The translations under genes were made by a program, and so were the position numbers. A DNA stretch of 64,000 nt, taken from an uncultured Rhizobium sp. (lineage in GTDB: Bacteria > Pseudomonadota > Alphaproteobacteria > Rickettsiales > UBA1997). The stretch is taken from positions 44,538-108,537 of the forward strand of contig CAZDLU010000002.1 of NCBI GenBank assembly GCA_964506725.1, given 5' to 3'. The notes under the pieces are model-generated. The model was not told the DNA's origin, did not search any database, and worked only from the letters and a program-made list of their open reading frames with translations. Positions 43,798 to 53,092 of the stretch are shown here, piece by piece. Position 1 is the stretch's first letter. Every line of letters starts with the position of its first letter.

Positions 43798-44385
43798 ATG
43801 AAAAAAATCATTTCCGCAATTGCTATTGCAGCACTTTCTCTTACTTTTTCTTGTGCTAAAAAAACTAAACCTGTTACTAATCCGAAATTAACCGGCGATT
43901 TATCTGATTTACCGGAATGGGTAATTGATCCTTCAGTGTCTGATGGCGTTGGCGCTGTTGGTATTGCACAACCTTCTCGCGGTGGAATCAAATTCCAAAT
44001 TCCGCAAGCTGAGCTTGATGCCAAAGCTAATATTGCGGCAACAATTCAATCGGAAATAAGTCGCGTAACCAAGAATTCTCTAAGATCGGCGAAAGTTAAT
44101 GAAAATGACGATGTTGAAGAATTTTTTGCGCAAGCTACTAAAGACGTAGTAAAAAATTTCCCGCTTTCCGGCGTAAAAAGATTGCATATTTATCAAGGCA
44201 AAGATGGTACGCTTTACATACACATGGCTTTAACCGATCAAGATTATTCTAAATTTTTGGAAAAAAGCCAAAAAACAATGGCCGCGAAAATTGCTAAATC
44301 AAATTTAGGCCGCGAAAATATTGATAAAAGCCAAGCTGCCAATAAGGAATTATTCGAAGAGCTTGATAAAGAAAGAAAAGAATAA
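43798..44385 (+). CDS. LPP20-family lipoprotein
   Basis: LSLTFSCA lipobox, then PEWVIDPS...GAVGIAQPS.GG...Q...AELDAKANIAATIQSEIS, an LPP20-like motif. Confidence 0.7.
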   Translation: MKKIISAIAIAALSLTFSCAKKTKPVTNPKLTGDLSDLPEWVIDPSVSDGVGAVGIAQPSRGGIKFQIPQAELDAKANIAATIQSEISRVTKNSLRSAKVNENDDVEEFFAQATKDVVKNFPLSGVKRLHIYQGKDGTLYIHMALTDQDYSKFLEKSQKTMAAKIAKSNLGRENIDKSQAANKELFEELDKERKE

Positions 44386-44555
44386 TGAAAAAAATATTTT
44401 TAATTACTTGTTTATTTTTGGCTTCTTGCGAATCTTTTTTTGAAGAAGAACAAAAAGCCACAATCAGGTCAAACAGCGCATCGGAGCGCATAAATTCCAC
44501 TGCAAAAAATAGTGAAGGAGTTTTTAGGGAAGTTGATGAGCAGAGTAAAAAATAA
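44385..44555 (+). CDS. small hypothetical lipoprotein (56 aa, below the ORF-track cutoff)
   Basis: MKKIFLITCLFLASCESFF... has an LASC lipobox. Its ATG overlaps the upstream stop (TAATG). Confidence 0.45.
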   Translation: MKKIFLITCLFLASCESFFEEEQKATIRSNSASERINSTAKNSEGVFREVDEQSKK

Positions 44556-44556
44556 A

Positions 44557-44639
44557 CTCAATGTCATGCTGAGCCTGTCGAAGCATGATTCAAGCCTGTA
44601 CCTAAAATCATGCTTCGACAGGCTCAGCATGACATTGAG
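44557..44639. repeat. Family A palindromic element (best-preserved copy)
   Basis: ctcaatgtcatgctgagcctgtcgaagcatga ... atcatgcttcgacaggctcagcatgacattgag. Confidence 0.92.
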
Positions 44640-45582
44640 TTTGATTCTTTTTTTTATCCTTACCGCTTGCGCAAGCAATAATAATGCACAAATACCAAGC
44701 TGGTATGTTTCTCCTGCGGCCAATAATTCAAATAATCTTTACGGCGTTGGAGAAGGTTTTACTTTAGAAGAAGCTACAAAATCCGCTCTTGCCGACATGG
44801 CTTCGCGCCTTATGATTACAGTATCAGCCGAAACTACTTCTCTTAGCGAATCAAATAATATCAGCGTTAATGAAGAATTTAAAAAAAGCATAAAAGCCAA
44901 TATTGAAAAAATAAGTTTTACTAATTTTGAAGTAAGTAAAAGTCAAAAAATCGGCCAAAATTTTTACACAGAAGTTACTGTAAAGCGCGACGAATTTATA
45001 AAAAGCCAAAAAGAAAATCATGAATTTTTACAAGAAAAAATTTCCAATTTAACAAAAAATTCTGCAACGAATCCTGTAGAAAAAAGAAATAATTTAGTAA
45101 AAGTTTTAGATTTGGCAAAACAAGACGAGCTTTCAAGCCGCATATTATCTGGACTTAAGGCCGATGTTAATTTAAAGCAAACATTGAAAAATATTGCCAC
45201 TTGGCAAAATCAACTTGATAAAATTAATGATAAAATTGAATTTTATTTTGAAATAAATTCTAAGCCCGAAATCGCCAAAGTAATTCGCAGCGCCCTAAAT
45301 AAAGAAAAAATAAAAATTGCCACAAGCCACGAAGTCTCACAAAATCAGGTTGTAATCCGTATAACGTCAGACGTTATAGCAAATAAAATTTATGAAGCCT
45401 ACATCACAAAATTAAAAATCGATTTTGAAAACTTGTCCGGAAGTAAAATCATCGCAAGCAATGCAATTGAAGTCACGGGAAGCTCAAGCATTGACGAAAA
45501 AGAATCTTACCGCGCGGCTATTACAGCGCTTACAGGCAAAATTAAAGAAGAAGGAATTTTGTCGATCTTGGGAATAAATTAA
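44629..45582 (+). CDS. LPP20-domain lipoprotein
   Basis: MTLSLILFFILTAC (lipobox), then PSWYVSP...LYGVGEG.TLEEATKSALADMASRL. The ATG lies inside the right arm of a Family A repeat. Confidence 0.65.
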   Translation: MTLSLILFFILTACASNNNAQIPSWYVSPAANNSNNLYGVGEGFTLEEATKSALADMASRLMITVSAETTSLSESNNISVNEEFKKSIKANIEKISFTNFEVSKSQKIGQNFYTEVTVKRDEFIKSQKENHEFLQEKISNLTKNSATNPVEKRNNLVKVLDLAKQDELSSRILSGLKADVNLKQTLKNIATWQNQLDKINDKIEFYFEINSKPEIAKVIRSALNKEKIKIATSHEVSQNQVVIRITSDVIANKIYEAYITKLKIDFENLSGSKIIASNAIEVTGSSSIDEKESYRAAITALTGKIKEEGILSILGIN

Positions 45583-45587
45583 AAAAT

Positions 45588-46619
45588 ATGAAAAGAATAT
45601 TATTTCTACTTCTCCTCACCTCTTGCGCTCCAAGCATTAGTCATTTCAATGATTATCAAAAACAATTTATAACGAAATCAAATTTTTTGCCAAGCGAAGC
45701 ACAAATAAATAACAAAACCCCGAAAGTGGTAGTTTTCGCTTTAGATGAAAACGGCAATGATATAGCAAAGCAGGCTGGTCTTGGCTTGGCAGCTACAAAC
45801 AATATTGAAAATATTTTATCACGTTACAAATTAGCACAATTAATTGATCGCGGCGCTGCCACCAAACTACAAAAAGAAATTGCCTTGGCCGAGATGAATA
45901 AAACCGGCTCTTATAAAGGGCCGCAAATCGCCGATTATGCAATTTCGGGTGCCATTTCTAATGCTTCTTTTACCAGCAAATATTCCAGCGGCTATACTTT
46001 TATAAATCCTAAAACTCACGAAATAATAACCGTTCCTCCTAGATATACCTACAGCGCCGAAGTTGGCGGTAATATTAAAATTTACGAACTACCGAATTTA
46101 GCAGTAACCAAAACTATTGAATTTAAAGGCAAGGCTTCGCGCGTTGAAAATGTACAACAAAAAGGTGGTTTGCAATTTGGTGCAATACAAATAGGCGGGG
46201 AAAAAGTTGAAGGCACTAAACGCGATGACAACTTGGTACGTAATGCCGCGCAAGCAGCGCTAAATGATATTGATACAGATTTAAGAAATGAACTTTCTGC
46301 AATTGGTTATATTTTAGAAAAACGTGTTTATAAAAATAAAGAAATTTTCAAAATTAATTTGGGGTCAAACAACGGACTTGCTAAAGGCGATAATTTTGAA
46401 GTAACCGGAAAATATGAAGTGGAAAATCCGCTAACTAATAAAAGCGAGATTGAAAAGCGCGTAATTGCTCACGGCAAAGTAAGCGATAAAATTGATCCGG
46501 ATAATTCTTGGGTAATAATTGATGATAAGGAGGAAGCTAGAAACATAAGGATTGGTGACGTAGTTAAAATGAAATATGAAAGCGGATTTTTTGCTAAAAT
46601 TGCGCGTTTTTTTAAATGA
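45588..46619 (+). CDS. lipoprotein with a CsgG/LpoB-like N-terminal domain
   Basis: LLLLTSCA lipobox. PKVVVFALDENG........LIDRGAATKLQKEIALAE....ADYAISGAISN resembles the CsgG/LpoB-type pattern. Confidence 0.4.
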   Translation: MKRILFLLLLTSCAPSISHFNDYQKQFITKSNFLPSEAQINNKTPKVVVFALDENGNDIAKQAGLGLAATNNIENILSRYKLAQLIDRGAATKLQKEIALAEMNKTGSYKGPQIADYAISGAISNASFTSKYSSGYTFINPKTHEIITVPPRYTYSAEVGGNIKIYELPNLAVTKTIEFKGKASRVENVQQKGGLQFGAIQIGGEKVEGTKRDDNLVRNAAQAALNDIDTDLRNELSAIGYILEKRVYKNKEIFKINLGSNNGLAKGDNFEVTGKYEVENPLTNKSEIEKRVIAHGKVSDKIDPDNSWVIIDDKEEARNIRIGDVVKMKYESGFFAKIARFFK

Positions 46620-46637
46620 CATAACTAGGGCAACAAC

Positions 46638-47519
46638 ATGATTTTTCTAAATAAATTAAACGATATAATAGATTCCTACGACTATTATTTTCTGGATGTT
46701 TGGGGCGTAATTCATGATGGCATTACTGCTTATCCCGGCGTTCTTGAAGCTATGAAACTTTTGCGGGCAAAAAATAAAAAAGTTTGTTTTCTATCTAATG
46801 CTCCGCGGCGTGCCTCTAAGGTTGCTGAAGTTTTAAAAGGCTATGGAATTACCACGGATTTTTATGATTTTATTTTAACTTCCGGCGAAGCTACATATTT
46901 GGATTTGGAAAAAAACCAAAAAGAAAATTTTAAAAATTTTGGCAAAAAATATTTTTATATCGGGCCCAAGAAAGATATGGGCTTGCTTGATGGCTTAAAT
47001 TATGAAAAAGTTGAAAGTGCTGCAATTGCCGATTTTGCCGTTACAACCGGTTTCGATCACGATGAATCAAAACTTGAAGAAAAATTGCCGCAAGCTTTAG
47101 AAGCTAAAAAACATAATTTACCCATGATTTGCGTTAATCCCGACCTAATCGTGATAAGACAAAATGGCAATATTATGATTTGTGCCGGCACTTTGGCTCA
47201 GGAATATGAACGGCTCGAAGGCCAAGTCATTTATTACGGCAAACCTTTTTCTTTGGTTTATAAAATCGCTTGCGAGATTTTTTTTAATATTGAAAATAGA
47301 GAAATTCCTAAGGATAAAATAATTGCTATCGGAGACGGCTTAGAGACTGATATTAAAGGCGCGAACGCCTTTGGCATCGATAATATTCTTGTTACCGGCG
47401 GAATTTTGAGTAAATCACTTGGAATCAGATATGACGAAGTCGCAGACAAGTCAAAACTTGAAGCGATTTGCAATGAATATCAAATTTTTCCTAAATTCGT
47501 AATTTCAAATTTTAAATAA
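46638..47519 (+). CDS. HAD-superfamily hydrolase, subfamily IIA
   Basis: YYFLDVWGVIHDG, FLSNAPRR and IAIGDGLETDIKGA. Confidence 0.8.
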   Translation: MIFLNKLNDIIDSYDYYFLDVWGVIHDGITAYPGVLEAMKLLRAKNKKVCFLSNAPRRASKVAEVLKGYGITTDFYDFILTSGEATYLDLEKNQKENFKNFGKKYFYIGPKKDMGLLDGLNYEKVESAAIADFAVTTGFDHDESKLEEKLPQALEAKKHNLPMICVNPDLIVIRQNGNIMICAGTLAQEYERLEGQVIYYGKPFSLVYKIACEIFFNIENREIPKDKIIAIGDGLETDIKGANAFGIDNILVTGGILSKSLGIRYDEVADKSKLEAICNEYQIFPKFVISNFK

Positions 47520-47520
47520 T

Positions 47521-48492
47521 ATGAGACGCTCTTCGAGAAGAAAAAATTCTACTAAAATTTTTGTCGCAACTACTTTGATTATTGCGGTAACACTTGGTGT
47601 TTTTAATTATTTTTTCAATAAAACCAATGAAACTTTGATTGCAACCGTTAACGGGCAAAAAATTTTCAAATCAGAAATTGAAAGAAAATTAAACGATGTT
47701 TTTTCAAATCAGGAACAAGATGTAAAATCACCTGATGTTGCTAAATTACCAAAAGATGTTTTGGAAATTTTGGCCAAAGAAATTTATTTAGAAAAAGAAT
47801 TAACAAAAGAAGCCAAGAAATCGAATGTAGCCAAGGATGAAGAGCTAAAACAAAAAATCAAAGATGTAAAAAATAAAATTTTGCGTCAGGCTTACATTAA
47901 TTCCGTGATTAAAGAAGAAATCAGCGAGCAAAAAATTAATGATAAATATGCCGAATTAACTAACGAAGTTAATGGTAAAAAAGAATATTTAATCGCTCAT
48001 ATTGTCGTAAAAGACAAATCTGAAGCCGAAAAATTATTAAAGGAAATCAAGAAAGCTAAAAAGTCATCAGCTGAATTTGATAAATTAGCAAAAAAATATT
48101 CAATTGATAAAGAAAGCGCTGAAAATGGCGGAAAGCTCGGTTATGTTTTAGAAAATAATTTGGTTAAAGAAATTTCTGATGCAGTTACAACTTTGAAAAA
48201 AGGTCAAATTTCTGAACCTATTCAAACTAAATTCGGCTGGCATTTAGTAAAAGTTGAAGATGCGCGCAATGCTACTCTTCCGTCGTTTGAAACTGTAAAA
48301 GATAATATTCGCAACCAATTAATTCAGGATAAATTAAATGAGATCAACTCTAAATTTATTAAAGATGCAAAGGTGCAAATTTTATTGAAGGACGAAGTTA
48401 AGGAAGAAAATAAAGATGAATTGAAAGAAGAGCAAAAAGAAGAAGCTCCTGCAACTGTTGAAGAAGAAAAAGTTGAAGAGAAAAAAGAATAA
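47521..48492 (+). CDS. parvulin-type peptidyl-prolyl isomerase (SurA/PpiD-like)
   Basis: N-terminal TM, then the parvulin core AHIVVKD..EAEKLL.EI.........FDKLAKKYS.D..SAENGG.LGY and FGWHLVKVED. Confidence 0.85.
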   Translation: MRRSSRRKNSTKIFVATTLIIAVTLGVFNYFFNKTNETLIATVNGQKIFKSEIERKLNDVFSNQEQDVKSPDVAKLPKDVLEILAKEIYLEKELTKEAKKSNVAKDEELKQKIKDVKNKILRQAYINSVIKEEISEQKINDKYAELTNEVNGKKEYLIAHIVVKDKSEAEKLLKEIKKAKKSSAEFDKLAKKYSIDKESAENGGKLGYVLENNLVKEISDAVTTLKKGQISEPIQTKFGWHLVKVEDARNATLPSFETVKDNIRNQLIQDKLNEINSKFIKDAKVQILLKDEVKEENKDELKEEQKEEAPATVEEEKVEEKKE

Positions 48493-48586
48493 ACTTATTA
48501 AATGGCTGGAACATTTTGCTCCTTAAGCCTAAAAATAGATTGAGGGGCGGGATTACAAATCTCGCCCCTTCGTTCATGTCAAAACA

Positions 48587-49342
48587 ATGTCCAAACCAAA
48601 AACCGAAAATCAAATCTGGCTTTATGGCAAACATGCTATTTTCGGGGCTTTAGGCCATAAGAAGCGCAAAGTCTTTGAAATTCTTGCTACAAGAAATTCC
48701 ATCGCTGAACTGGAAAAATTTCTGAAAAATAATTCACTAACTAACCTTAAACCAAAATTAGTTGATAATAATCAGATTGAAAAATTTGTCGGACAAAACC
48801 AAGTACATCAAGGTTTGGCAATGCTTTGTTCAAAGTTAACTATTAAAACTCAAAATGATTTATTAGAAGAGCTTTACAAAATTGATGATAAAAATAACCT
48901 CCCTAACCTGCTTTTTTTAGACCAAATTTCTGATCCGCATAATGTGGGCGCGATCATACGCAGCGCAGCGGCCTTTGGCGTTAAAAAAATTATTTTCCCG
49001 GAACATAATTGCCCGAAAGAAAATGCCACGATTGTTAAAACATCAGCCGGAACAATTGATATTGTTGATTTGGTGGCAGTTGTAAATTTTAGCAATTTAT
49101 TTGAGAAGTTAAAAAAAATCGGCTATTGGTGCATTGGTCTTGACGGAAGCGCAAAAACATTGATTTCAGAGATTAAAGATTACAAAAATATCGCGCTTGT
49201 TATTGGCTCGGAAGGCGATGGCATAAGGGATCTGGTCAAGAAAAATTGTGATGTTCTGGCAAAAATTACAATTGACAAAGAAGTGGAAAGTCTTAATGCT
49301 TCTGTGGCAGCGTCCTTGGCGCTGTATGAATTGCAGAGATAA
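48587..49342 (+). CDS. rlmB: TrmH-family 23S rRNA 2'-O-methyltransferase (RlmB-like)
   Basis: LYGKHAIFGAL, LDQISDPHNVGAIIRSAAAFG, LVIGSEGDGIR and ESLNASVAASLALYE. Confidence 0.85.
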   Translation: MSKPKTENQIWLYGKHAIFGALGHKKRKVFEILATRNSIAELEKFLKNNSLTNLKPKLVDNNQIEKFVGQNQVHQGLAMLCSKLTIKTQNDLLEELYKIDDKNNLPNLLFLDQISDPHNVGAIIRSAAAFGVKKIIFPEHNCPKENATIVKTSAGTIDIVDLVAVVNFSNLFEKLKKIGYWCIGLDGSAKTLISEIKDYKNIALVIGSEGDGIRDLVKKNCDVLAKITIDKEVESLNASVAASLALYELQR

Positions 49343-49352
49343 TACTTAAGCT

Positions 49353-49442
49353 AACTTCGGTGTCATACTGAGCCTGTCGAAGCATGCGTTTAGACTAAGA
49401 GTAAAACACATGCTTCGACAGGCTCAGTATGACACCGAAGTT
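49353..49442. repeat. Family A palindromic element
   Basis: aacttcggtgtcatactgagcctgtcgaagcatgcgttt ... aaacacatgcttcgacaggctcagtatgacaccgaagtt. Ends 14 nt upstream of the nadK ATG. Confidence 0.9.
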
Positions 49443-49456
49443 ATATATTATAAACT

Positions 49457-50245
49457 ATGAACTCCAAAAATATCGCAGTAATTGCCGCAAAAAATAATGT
49501 TGAGGCTTTAAAACGGGCTAAGCTTTTGGTGCAAAAATATGGTTTTACCGATATTACCGCAAACCATAGAAATACTAGCGGCATAGAACTTGTAATTGCA
49601 ATTGGCGGTGATGGTTTAATGTTACATTTACTTCACGAATATGAAAAAAATCCGCTGCCGATTTACGGCATAAATTGTGGCACTGTTGGATTTTTGATGA
49701 ATTCTTTTAGCGAAGAAAATTTTCTGGAAGTGCTTTCCCAGGCCCAAGAATCAACTCTTCATCCCTTAAAAATGACGGCAACTGATTTGCAAAATAACAA
49801 ACATTCCCACATCGCAATCAATGAGGTTTCTCTTTTGCGACAATCAAGCCAAGCTGCAAAAATCAAGGTCAAAGTTAATGGCAAAGTTAGAATTGAACAA
49901 TTAGCCGCTGACGGAATTTTGGTTTCAACATCTGCCGGAAGCACAGCCTACAACCTTTCAGCCGGTGGTCCGATAATTCCTTTTGCTGCCGAAATTTTAG
50001 CATTAACTCCTATCAGCCCTTTCCGCCCGCGCAATTGGCATGGCGCTTTACTTCCAGCGAGCAGCAAAATTGAATTTAGTGTAATTGATCCGGAGACACG
50101 CCCGGTGTCTGCTATTGCTGATTCCATCGAAGTTGAAAATATTAAAGAAGTCTTCATCACCGAAGATAAATCAATAACTTTTAAAATTCTTTTCGATCCG
50201 AATCACTCACTTGAAGAAAGAATTATTCGCGAACAATTTTCTTAA
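49457..50245 (+). CDS. nadK: NAD kinase
   Basis: VIAIGGDGLMLH, GINCGTVGFL, NEV and DGILVSTSAGSTAYNLSAGGPI. Confidence 0.92.
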   Translation: MNSKNIAVIAAKNNVEALKRAKLLVQKYGFTDITANHRNTSGIELVIAIGGDGLMLHLLHEYEKNPLPIYGINCGTVGFLMNSFSEENFLEVLSQAQESTLHPLKMTATDLQNNKHSHIAINEVSLLRQSSQAAKIKVKVNGKVRIEQLAADGILVSTSAGSTAYNLSAGGPIIPFAAEILALTPISPFRPRNWHGALLPASSKIEFSVIDPETRPVSAIADSIEVENIKEVFITEDKSITFKILFDPNHSLEERIIREQFS

Positions 50246-50246
50246 A

Positions 50247-51032
50247 ATGAAATTCTCACCAAAAACTTCCACATTATTTATCTCACACGGCGCACCGGAT
50301 TTACTTACGCGCGACATTCCCGCACATCAATTTTTAAAAGATCTTTCCAAAAATTTTGAAAAACCAAAAGCCATAATTGTTTTTTCGGCGCATTATGAAA
50401 GTGAAATTATCGAAGTAACCGGCAATCACAAATTAGCCACGATTCATGATTTCGGCGGATTTTCGCCGGAATTGCATAAAATGGAATATAATGCTGAAGG
50501 CGCTCCGGAACTTGCTTCAGAAGTTGTTGAACTTTTCAAAGAAGTTGGATTTGAAGCAAAAATAAACCCGAAGCGCGGCCTTGATCACGGTGCTTGGGTG
50601 CCGCTAAAATTAATGTATCCTTTAGCAGACATTCCCATAATTCAAATTTCAATTCAGCCCAATGAAAGCGCAATTTACCACTATAAAATCGGCATGATAA
50701 TTTCGGAAATGAAACAAAAAAATATTTTAATTATCGGTAGCGGAAGTTTGACTCACAATTTAAACATGGCTTTCCAAAATAGTGACCGCCCTACTCCTGT
50801 TTGGGCTAAAGAATTTAGCGAAGAAATTCTTAATAAATTGCAAAAACAAGATTTAAATGCTTTACTTAATTGGCACGAATTAAAATTCGCCCAAGAAAAT
50901 CATCCAAGCCCGGAACATTTAGTTCCACTATTAATCGCACTTGGTGCAGCAGCGCAGGATTTTACTGCTGCAAGGCTGCATCATAGTTTTGATTATTCGG
51001 TTCTGGCAATGGATTGTTATATTTTTAATTAA
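50247..51032 (+). CDS. extradiol ring-cleavage dioxygenase, class III subunit B (YgiD/DODA-like)
   Basis: LFISHGAP, VFSAHY, GLDHGAWVPL and GSGSLTHNL. ATG at 50247 follows directly after the nadK stop. Confidence 0.85.
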   Translation: MKFSPKTSTLFISHGAPDLLTRDIPAHQFLKDLSKNFEKPKAIIVFSAHYESEIIEVTGNHKLATIHDFGGFSPELHKMEYNAEGAPELASEVVELFKEVGFEAKINPKRGLDHGAWVPLKLMYPLADIPIIQISIQPNESAIYHYKIGMIISEMKQKNILIIGSGSLTHNLNMAFQNSDRPTPVWAKEFSEEILNKLQKQDLNALLNWHELKFAQENHPSPEHLVPLLIALGAAAQDFTAARLHHSFDYSVLAMDCYIFN

Positions 51033-51044
51033 AATTTAGTAATT

Positions 51045-51749
51045 ATGAGCTCTCCTGTATCAGAAGATATTTATGAAAAATTTGTTAGCCTAGTAGGACA
51101 AAATAAAGTACAGCAGGTAAAAACCATGTTAGATACTGGAGAAATAGATATTAACCATGAACGCATAAAAGAATGGGTAGATAATCATTGTGAAGAAAGT
51201 TTACTGGGAGTTGCTGTTATTAATAGAAGTTATGAGACCGCTAGATTTCTGTTAGAACAAACAAACTATAACATTAATATTGATCCAGCTGAACTCTCCG
51301 GAGGATTTAATTTGCCTTATGATTTGTTCAAAATATTAGGTGAAGATTTAACCGAAGAAACGAAATCATGGATTAAAATCATATTGAAAAAAATAGAAAC
51401 ATCTGGTGTTGATGTGAAAGAACAACTCAATACGGCTCTTTTAGCATCAGGTGAACCAAGCGGAAATGCATTAAATATGGCAGATGAAACTAGAGAATAT
51501 GTAGAATCTTTAGTAAAAGACCTGGAAGCCGGTATCTCCTTAGATTCTATTTTTGCTGAAGATGATACTCGTAGTAAAAAAAGAAGTCGAAAATCAGACG
51601 ATACTGCATTGACAGATTCTAAATTTAAAGACTTAGATAAGCCAGACGATGATGATACTCCATCTAAAGACTTAACAGGAAGTAGTGCTAAACGTGCCGC
51701 TTCCACGCCTTCTGAAGGCCGTGGTGGTAGTGCTGGTGGTAGAGAATAA
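51045..51749 (+). CDS. hypothetical effector-like protein with an ANK-like N-terminal region and a charged disordered tail
   Basis: LLGVAVINRSYETARFLLEQTNYNINID is ANK-like. The tail is ...DDTRSKKRSRKSDD...GRGGSAGGRE. Confidence 0.5.
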   Translation: MSSPVSEDIYEKFVSLVGQNKVQQVKTMLDTGEIDINHERIKEWVDNHCEESLLGVAVINRSYETARFLLEQTNYNINIDPAELSGGFNLPYDLFKILGEDLTEETKSWIKIILKKIETSGVDVKEQLNTALLASGEPSGNALNMADETREYVESLVKDLEAGISLDSIFAEDDTRSKKRSRKSDDTALTDSKFKDLDKPDDDDTPSKDLTGSSAKRAASTPSEGRGGSAGGRE

Positions 51750-51759
51750 TTTTACCACT

Positions 51760-52230
51760 CTACTTAATAATTTCTCGTCCCAATATTTGCAGAGTTTCTA
51801 GCAGTTCTTGATTTTCTATATCTTTGGTTTTTTGTTGCAAAAAACTTTCTTTCTTATCATCAAGTTTAAAATCAATTTCGGCCTTGTTATCAACATCTTT
51901 CGGTTCTTGTTTTACAATAATTCTATGAATTGATTTAAAACCGTAAAGAGTCGCGATGCGCTCTATTATTAATTCTGAGCTATTATCAATAAAAAATCCG
52001 GTAGCCGGATTATGCACCGCGATTGTTAGGCTGGCTTTATTTTCGCGATCGAATCTAACGCTTTTTACGTAGCAAAATTTGGCATAAGTTTTACCGATTA
52101 TTTCCGGCCAGTTTTTGGTTAGATTGTTGATTAAAATAAATTCTTTTTTGCTGCCTTGGAAAATTGGCTTGAGCAGCGCCGTCATTTTGTCATCGATGGT
52201 TTGGAGGCCGTAAGATTTTCTTTTAACCAT
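51760..52230 (-). CDS. DUF721/DciA-like protein
   Basis: L..NW.EIIG...AK......V........LTIAV.N.A.......S..IIERI....G follows the DUF721 pattern. Confidence 0.55.
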   Translation of the reverse strand: MVKRKSYGLQTIDDKMTALLKPIFQGSKKEFILINNLTKNWPEIIGKTYAKFCYVKSVRFDRENKASLTIAVHNPATGFFIDNSSELIIERIATLYGFKSIHRIIVKQEPKDVDNKAEIDFKLDDKKESFLQQKTKDIENQELLETLQILGREIIK

Positions 52231-53056
52231 AAATTATTTTTGTCTCTCTTACAAAAAATCCCGGAAATTTTTTGGCAAAGTTTTCTTTCGCTAAGAATAA
52301 CTCCTCATCCTTTTCAAAAACCGCAAAACAAGTTGCACCACTTCCCGACATTTTAGAGGCAATTGCCTTTGATTTTTTAAATTCTTCTAAAATTTCACCA
52401 ATCTCAGCACAACTTGAAATTGCTGCATCCGTTAGATCATTAGAATCTTTTATTAATTCCAAAATATTTTTCTTTCTTATTTCTTCATCAGAAATTTCTT
52501 TAGAAAAATTGCCGTTAAAAGCAGAAAAAATTTCTTTAGTTGAGCAATGAATTCGCGGGTTAACAAGTAAAATTTTCAATGGTTTAAATTCAGGAAATTC
52601 GGTGATTATTTCACCACGTCCGCGCACAATGCTGGCGCGACCTTCGAAAAAAAATGGAATATCCGAACCAAAGTTAAGCACAATTTTTTGCAACTGATTT
52701 TTGCTTAAATTTAATTCAAAAATTCTATTTAATTCCATTATAAAAAAAGCGGCATCAGATGAGCCACCTCCTAATCCCGCACCAACCGGAATATTTTTTC
52801 TCAATTCAATTTTTATATTTTTTGAAATTGAAAATCTTTCGGCAAAATAATCTAAAATTTTGGTAAAAAGATTATTTTCCAATTCAATAAATTCAGCAAA
52901 TTCGCCGGTAATTTTTAAAGAAAATTTATCAGATTTTTCAACATGCAACTCATCGCTCAAATCAAGAAAAGCAAAAACTGATTCTAAGTTGAAATAGCCA
53001 TCAGAGCGCTTTTTTATTAGCTTGAGGAAGAGATTGATTTTGGCTGGACAAAACAC
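52223..53056 (-). CDS. ispE: 4-diphosphocytidyl-2-C-methyl-D-erythritol kinase
   Basis: PAKINLFLKLIKKRSDGYF and the GHMP motif KNIPVGAGLGGGSSDAA. Confidence 0.92.
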   Translation of the reverse strand: MFCPAKINLFLKLIKKRSDGYFNLESVFAFLDLSDELHVEKSDKFSLKITGEFAEFIELENNLFTKILDYFAERFSISKNIKIELRKNIPVGAGLGGGSSDAAFFIMELNRIFELNLSKNQLQKIVLNFGSDIPFFFEGRASIVRGRGEIITEFPEFKPLKILLVNPRIHCSTKEIFSAFNGNFSKEISDEEIRKKNILELIKDSNDLTDAAISSCAEIGEILEEFKKSKAIASKMSGSGATCFAVFEKDEELFLAKENFAKKFPGFFVRETKIIYG

Positions 53057-53092
53057 AATGATTGCGAACTATAGGAATTAATTAATTTGTAA

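Noticed and set aside
48543-48569. A hairpin (aggggcg-n13-cgcccct) after the PPIase gene, as a possible terminator.
   Set aside because: The stem is only 7 bp with a 13-nt loop and no downstream T-run. That is too weak to call.
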